A stretch of 64,000 bases of DNA from an uncultured Nitrososphaerota archaeon. GTDB taxonomy: Archaea > Korarchaeota > Korarchaeia > Korarchaeales > Korarchaeaceae. Where the stretch lies: positions 55,413-119,412 of the forward strand of contig CAZUBM010000002.1 in the NCBI GenBank assembly GCA_964618805.1, read 5' to 3'. This document shows, piece by piece, positions 59,041 to 64,000 of the stretch. Position 1 is the first letter of the stretch. Each line of letters begins with the position of its first letter. The notes below the pieces were generated by a model. The model was given only the letters and a program-made list of their open reading frames with translations. It did not search any database and was not told the origin of the DNA. A program made the translations under genes and the position numbers.

Positions 59041-60219
59041 TTAAACGAAACTGATTTTTCTTACGAGAGCTAGAAAAATCACGCCTAGAATCGATAACAC
59101 CACAGCTAAGGATGTTAAAGCTAGAAATTTATCAGAAACTGTCTTCATTGGTTCCATCTTTGGAGGATTCTCCCTAATGATCTCCTCAAAGGAGAAGAGA
59201 ATTAAATTCCCATTAACTCCTATTGCGGCGTATCTTCCATCATTTGATAGAGAAATTACGTGTATTGAACCATCACCAATGAGATGACTCCACAGGAGCT
59301 TTCCATCCTTATTTAACAAATATATCTCCTTTCCTCCGACTACTACGTAGTTACCATCGGATGACATTGAAACAGAAGCCCAAGTTTCAGTATCATGACT
59401 CCACAAGAGCTTTCCATATTCGTTATAAAAGAGAACCTTTCCCTTTATCTCATTATCCTCTCTAAAGATGTTTGAAACTGCTACATAGCTTCCATCTGAT
59501 GAAAGAATCATTGAAAGGATTTCTCCCTCTATCTCTGAGGTCCAAAGAATTTCTCCTTGTCCGCTTAGGAAGTATAGTTTGTCATCAGTTAGAGCTACTA
59601 TATGGCTTCCATCAGATGAAATCTTAATTCTATAAACTTCACCATCGATCTCAGAACTCCATAGTATGTCTCCAAGCCTACTCAGAAGCATAACTTCATA
59701 GCTGCTCCCAACAACTACAAGACTGCCGTCAGAGGGCATCGAAATTGGAATGAATCGATTCAAGAACCTATAGCTCCATAGCTTCCTGCCTTCACCGTTG
59801 AAATAATAGACATTCCCATGAGATGTACTACAAGCAACGTAGTTTCCATCAGATGATATATGAACCTCCAAGAAAGACTCTTTGGTCTTGTAACTCCAAA
59901 TGAGTTCCCCCTCTCTGGATAGATAGAAAATTCCCTCCCATCCTATTCCAAGAGCAATATACTCTCCTCTTGAAGAGGTCGAAGTGCTTATTGGAATTTC
60001 TGCCAAGTAACTCCAAATGAGTTCCCCCTCCTTATTGAGGAAGCAAATTCTACCTACTCCAACACCCACATACAAGCTGCTGGCAGCAACATAATTGCCG
60101 TCTGAGGAGATGCTAACGGAAACTACGACGTCTCCTATTGAGAGATTCCAAAGAGGCTGAGCTGATACCAGTTGTATCGGTAGTAAGAAAGGGATCAAAA
60201 ATAGTAACGCCAATCTCAT
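59041..60219 (-). CDS. Membrane-anchored extracellular beta-propeller (WD40/PQQ-like) protein
   Basis: Signal peptide; about 8 repeats of V.ISSDG.YV......YF....G.LLWS; C-terminal TM. Confidence 0.85.
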   Translation of the reverse strand: MRLALLFLIPFLLPIQLVSAQPLWNLSIGDVVVSVSISSDGNYVAASSLYVGVGVGRICFLNKEGELIWSYLAEIPISTSTSSRGEYIALGIGWEGIFYLSREGELIWSYKTKESFLEVHISSDGNYVACSTSHGNVYYFNGEGRKLWSYRFLNRFIPISMPSDGSLVVVGSSYEVMLLSRLGDILWSSEIDGEVYRIKISSDGSHIVALTDDKLYFLSGQGEILWTSEIEGEILSMILSSDGSYVAVSNIFREDNEIKGKVLFYNEYGKLLWSHDTETWASVSMSSDGNYVVVGGKEIYLLNKDGKLLWSHLIGDGSIHVISLSNDGRYAAIGVNGNLILFSFEEIIRENPPKMEPMKTVSDKFLALTSLAVVLSILGVIFLALVRKISFV

Positions 60220-60388
60220 TGCTGGAACTAACCCTCATTAAAAGATATTAAAGAGATAAGATAATGTCCATCTTTGCATCTCAATTCCTCCATGCTTCAG
60301 TAGGATCTCATCCCAGAAGCGTTTGGACTTGATTCTAACCCATTTGTCCTATTGATCTGCGGTACTCTAAACCAACCTTAACCTCTAA

Positions 60389-60397
60389 GTTTAAATA
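60389..60397 (+). promoter_or_regulatory. Putative TATA box of the padR operon
   Basis: TTTAAATA ending about 30 nt upstream of ATG 60428. Confidence 0.55.
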
Positions 60398-60429
60398 TAG
60401 TAGACATCTACTGTATAGATATCTACTAT
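60397..60429. promoter_or_regulatory. Putative PadR operator (nested inverted repeat)
   Basis: ATAGTAGACATCTA-ctgta-TAGATATCTACTAT: 14-bp arms with 1 mismatch, each arm itself near-palindromic; lies between TATA and ATG. Confidence 0.7.
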
Positions 60430-60970
60430 GAATCATAAACCCTTCGTCTTAGGTAGGAAACTCTCTCCCATAGAGTTGCTGATCTTGCTCCAGCTAAAAA
60501 AGAAGCCGATGTATGGATACGAGATAATAAAAGAGCTCAAAAAGATATTTGAGGATGTCTGGGAGCCAAAGACAGGAACTATATATCCTGCGCTAAGGAG
60601 GCTAGAGACCAGAGGTCTGATAAGGACGGAACTCAAGGATGGGAGAGAACATTACTTACTAACTAAGGAAGGAGAAGAAGCCATGAAGGAAAACTTGGCT
60701 TTTATTGAAAGGCATCTTAACTTCACGAAGAAATACTATCAATGCATCTCTTGGCATCTTACTCCTTCACTAAAGGAGAAGATCCTAAAGAGGATGATGG
60801 AACAGGAACATCCGCTAATTTTCTGGCCTTTTGGGTTTTTCCGTTTCATAGATGAGATAGAGGACAAGAGGACTAGGCTTGAACTATTAAAGGCGGTTAG
60901 AGGAGCTATCAAGAGAAAACTCGAGAATATAGAGTCAAAGATAGCAGAGCTTGAGAAAGAGGTAAGGTAG
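60428..60970 (+). CDS. PadR-family transcriptional regulator
   Basis: LLIL..L...PMYGYEIIK.L......W.P..GTIYPAL.RLE..GLI....Y.LT..G. Confidence 0.92.
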   Translation: MNHKPFVLGRKLSPIELLILLQLKKKPMYGYEIIKELKKIFEDVWEPKTGTIYPALRRLETRGLIRTELKDGREHYLLTKEGEEAMKENLAFIERHLNFTKKYYQCISWHLTPSLKEKILKRMMEQEHPLIFWPFGFFRFIDEIEDKRTRLELLKAVRGAIKRKLENIESKIAELEKEVR

Positions 60971-60992
60971 ATATAGGTTTTTGGTGATCTAG

Positions 60993-61997
60993 ATGGATAT
61001 TATAGAGTCTGAAGGACTAACTAAGAGGTTTGGGGAAGTTTTAGCTGTTGATAATGTCACCTTCCAAGTGAAGGAGGGCGAAATTTTCGGTTTCTTGGGT
61101 CCTAATGGGGCAGGAAAGACGACTACAATAAACATGCTAATAACTCTGATAAAACCGACAAAAGGCACTGCTAGAGTGGCTGGTTACGATGTGATAAAGG
61201 AACCAAGTGAGGTTAGGAAGAAGATAGGCGTGGTCTTTCAGGATCCTACGCTTGATAGGAGGCTTACAGGATGGGAGAACCTATATATTCATGGCAGACT
61301 TTACGGAATTTCCTCAAAAGAGCTGAAATCTAAGATAAAAGAGCTCATTGAATTTGTGGAGTTGAAGGGGTGGGAGAACAAGATAGTTCAACAATACAGC
61401 GGAGGAATGATTAGAAGGCTCGAGATAGCAAGAGCCCTGTTGTACAATCCAGAGGTTCTATTTCTTGATGAGCCAACTCTTGGCTTGGATCCTCAGAGCA
61501 GAGCCAGGGTCTGGGACTACATAAAGCAGATAAAAAAGGAGGAGGGCATGACCATATTCCTAACTACTCATTACATGGAAGAGGCTGAGAAGCTCTGTGA
61601 CAGAGTAGCAATAATAGATCATGGCAGAATAATAGCTCTAGGTACTGTGGAAGAGCTCAAATCTATTGTAGGAAACGAGATAATATATCTGAACGCGATT
61701 CTAAACGGCCATGGAAAGGATTTCATAGAAAGGATTAGAGCCTTGGACTCAATACAGGAGTTAAAGGTGCTAAAAGATGGAGTTATCAGCCTTTCTGTTA
61801 ACAAAGCTCCAGAAGCAATTCCTGTTGTGCTTCAGGAGGCTCAAAAGTTGGGAATTGAGATAAAGGAAGTCCGTTATCTCAGGCCGAGCCTAGAAGACGT
61901 TTTTCTCCAGCTTACGGGGAAAGGTCTGAGGGACGAGGAAGCTAGCTTTTTCGATCATGTTAGAATGAGGAGAATTAGAAGGATGAGGAGGAGGTGA
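60993..61997 (+). CDS. ABC exporter ATP-binding subunit (DrrA-like)
   Basis: GPNGAGKTT, YSGGM.RRLEIA, LDEPTLGLDP, LTTHYMEEA, PSLEDVF. Confidence 0.92.
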   Translation: MDIIESEGLTKRFGEVLAVDNVTFQVKEGEIFGFLGPNGAGKTTTINMLITLIKPTKGTARVAGYDVIKEPSEVRKKIGVVFQDPTLDRRLTGWENLYIHGRLYGISSKELKSKIKELIEFVELKGWENKIVQQYSGGMIRRLEIARALLYNPEVLFLDEPTLGLDPQSRARVWDYIKQIKKEEGMTIFLTTHYMEEAEKLCDRVAIIDHGRIIALGTVEELKSIVGNEIIYLNAILNGHGKDFIERIRALDSIQELKVLKDGVISLSVNKAPEAIPVVLQEAQKLGIEIKEVRYLRPSLEDVFLQLTGKGLRDEEASFFDHVRMRRIRRMRRR

Positions 61998-62779
61998 AAG
62001 AAATGGAAGCGTTCTTAAGGACTGTTAGCATAATGTGGTACAGGCAAATTAAGAGATTTGTTAGAGCAAGGTCAAGAGTAATAGGTTCCATTGTTCAGCC
62101 AATTTTCTGGCTCATTCTCTTCGGTCTTGGTTTTTCAAGGTCATTCGGGATGATGTCTACAGGAGCAGCCAGAAACAACATCGAATACCTGCCTTTTTTG
62201 GTTCCAGGAGTTGTGATGATGAGCGTGTTCATGGGTTCATTTATGTCAGGGGTTTCAGTTATTTGGGATAAGGAATTTGGTTTTCTCAAAGAAGTGCTAG
62301 TAGCTCCGGTTCCAAGGGAAGCAACAATACTAGGAAGGGCGTTAGGTGATTCAACCACCTCGGTCATCAGAGGCGTTTTAATATTGTTGCTATCAAGCCT
62401 TATAGCGCCTAACATAAACCTAGCAAGAACTCCTATGGTTCTGGTATCCATGCTATTTGTAGCTATCTGCTTCACTAGCGTGGGAATAATACTTGGATCG
62501 GTGATGACCAGTATGGAGGGATTTCAGCTGATAAACACGTTTATTTCAATGCCTATTCTCTTCCTTAGCGGGGCTTTCTATCCGGTTGAAACGATGCCAA
62601 AGTGGATGAGAGCGATTGCGATGGCAAACCCACTTACCTATGGCGTTGATGGGGCAAGAATTGCTCTAACTGGCGTGGGAATGAATGCTCTCTGGTTCGA
62701 TATAGCTATGCTGATAGTTACTTCTGCCATCTTCGTAAGCATCTCAGCTTGGGTATTTAGAAGGACAACAATCGAGTAA
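61994..62779 (+). CDS. ABC-2 type exporter permease (DrrB-like)
   Basis: QPIFWL, Y..FL.PG, DKEFGFLKE.LVAP, FLSGAFYP...P.W, NPLTY.VD..R. Confidence 0.92.
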   Translation: MKEMEAFLRTVSIMWYRQIKRFVRARSRVIGSIVQPIFWLILFGLGFSRSFGMMSTGAARNNIEYLPFLVPGVVMMSVFMGSFMSGVSVIWDKEFGFLKEVLVAPVPREATILGRALGDSTTSVIRGVLILLLSSLIAPNINLARTPMVLVSMLFVAICFTSVGIILGSVMTSMEGFQLINTFISMPILFLSGAFYPVETMPKWMRAIAMANPLTYGVDGARIALTGVGMNALWFDIAMLIVTSAIFVSISAWVFRRTTIE

Positions 62780-62865
62780 AAACTCAACTTTAAGATTTAC
62801 ATTCATTGCATCAGGTGAAGGAAGAGAATTTTGAATCTTTATAGGAGTATCTGCGAATTAATTAG

Positions 62866-63411
62866 TTGAACATGCATTTCTACACAATAGGCCATTCTAC
62901 AAGAAGTTTTGAGGAGTTTCTAGAGATCTTGAAGAGGTATAAGATAAATCTCTTAGTAGACATAAGGAGATGGCCTTATTCAAAAAGAAATCCTCAGTTT
63001 GACCGAGACAGGCTTGAAAAGACCCTTCCCTCCTACGGCATAACATATAAATGGCTTGGAAAGGAGCTTGGCGGCAGAAGGAGCAGAGGTTTAGGTAAGA
63101 ACTCACCAAACAAGGGTTGGAAGAGCAAAGGCTTTCGAAACTACGCCGATCATACCCTGACAGAGGAATTCAAAAGGGGAGTTGAAAAATTGCTTAAACT
63201 TGCCGAGGGAAATAAGGTAGCTCTAATGTGCGCAGAGAAATTCTACTGGGGATGTCACAGAAGAATCCTAGCAGACTATCTATTGGTTAAAGGCCACAGA
63301 ATCACTCATATTATAGATAAGAAGAAAATCGTTGATCATGAGATGACATCTTTTGCCAAGGTCAAAAATGGTATACTTCTATATCCTGAACCAGAAGAAA
63401 CGGAGCTTTAG
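62866..63411 (+). CDS. DUF488 family protein
   Basis: YTIGHSTR, LVDIRR.P.S..NPQF, LGGRR, F..YAD, LMCAE....CHR. Confidence 0.9.
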   Translation: MNMHFYTIGHSTRSFEEFLEILKRYKINLLVDIRRWPYSKRNPQFDRDRLEKTLPSYGITYKWLGKELGGRRSRGLGKNSPNKGWKSKGFRNYADHTLTEEFKRGVEKLLKLAEGNKVALMCAEKFYWGCHRRILADYLLVKGHRITHIIDKKKIVDHEMTSFAKVKNGILLYPEPEETEL

Positions 63412-63600
63412 CACTCTATCGGTTAAAATTTTCGTTCAGATGCATATCAAAATAAGGGGCCTAGCTCCTCTCGAATTGCACGTTTCTCTAAGATGTGAGA
63501 TAACTACTGGACACATTTGAAATAAGATGAGGAAATTTGAATTAGTAAAAATATTTGCCTATTTAAGCTTTTTATTTACATTCTAACAACAAATCCTTGG

Positions 63601-63849
63601 GTGAAAGAGCTGGTCTCAGCATGTGTTTTAATATATTGTGAGGCTGGAAAATTTTCTACGGTTTTAGATGAAATAAAGAAGATCGAAGAGATAAAAACTG
63701 CTTTCTCAACGCTTGGAAGATGTGATGTAATCGCGTGGGTTGAAGCTGATGATATGAAGGCTCTTGGAAGAGCCGTGTCAAGAATTGCTACAACATCTGG
63801 AGTTATCGGAACTGAAAGCCTTGTTGAGGCTCTGATTGAGGTGACGTAA
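63601..63849 (+). CDS. Stand-alone Lrp/AsnC ligand-binding (RAM) domain protein
   Basis: A.VLI...G......I..I......GR.DVIA.VE...GV..TESL; no HTH. Confidence 0.8.
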   Translation: MKELVSACVLIYCEAGKFSTVLDEIKKIEEIKTAFSTLGRCDVIAWVEADDMKALGRAVSRIATTSGVIGTESLVEALIEVT

Positions 63850-63850
63850 G

Positions 63851-64000
63851 ATGGTGAAGGCATGTATCCTGATTAGGGTGGTTCCTAAGGAGGCACGAAG
63901 TGTCTTCGATGATGTAAAGATGATTGGTGGAGTTAAGAAAGTTATGATGGTCTACGGCCGCTTCGACCTCGTTACCTTATTGGAGACGGATGATATTAGC
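63851..64000 (+). CDS. Second stand-alone Lrp/AsnC ligand-binding domain protein (runs off window end)
   Basis: Manual translation MVKACILIRVVPKEARSVFDDVKMIGGVKKVMMVYGRFDLVTLLETDDIS; not in the ORF track. Confidence 0.8.
   Translation, partial: MVKACILIRVVPKEARSVFDDVKMIGGVKKVMMVYGRFDLVTLLETDDIS

Noticed and set aside
1-64000. CRISPR arrays, intact tRNA/rRNA genes, C/D-box sRNAs, IS elements
   Set aside because: No spaced repeats, T-arm/acceptor structures, convincing C plus D box pairs or transposase motifs were found by eye; small RNAs could be missed without a covariance-model search.

Overview
Gene-dense window from an archaeon, probably an anaerobic TACK/Thermoproteota-type heterotroph. 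The lineage is inferred from XPB-Bax1, stand-alone Elp3, AOR, stand-alone Lrp/RAM domains, GGTGA ribosome-binding sites, TATA-like boxes and U-rich gene ends. No rRNA, intact tRNA, CRISPR array, integrase or transposase was recognised. 1-12 kb: tldD-pmbA, a surface-protein gene broken by one in-frame TGA, a trm9-like/elp3 tRNA-modification pair, a rhomboid protease, xpb-bax1 and an ECF-S-like membrane fusion. 12-48 kb: an amino-acid/amide/peptide scavenging region with AOR, two Liv-type ABC systems, a nitrilase-fold protein with Asp in place of the catalytic Cys, D-aminoacylase, M20 and YtcJ-type hydrolases, non-pyrrolysine MttB, a membrane-anchored PBP4/DacB, an Opp system, PLP enzymes and lysA. 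It also holds decayed genes: E1-alpha, a DUF1116 remnant, a frameshifted LLM oxidoreductase and a corrinoid-protein remnant. 48-64 kb: MetE-core-like protein, cysS, a MoxR/DUF58 module, glpQ-like, a methyltransferase, a beta-propeller, a PadR-ABC exporter operon with a clear operator, DUF488 and tandem Lrp domains. Best leads: the archaeal DacB with possible murein-peptide scavenging partners, the Cys-to-Asp nitrilase, the trm9-elp3 operon, the MttB with corrinoid remnant, and gene-conversion patches in oppD/oppF. All family calls come from motif recognition by eye; no searches were run.
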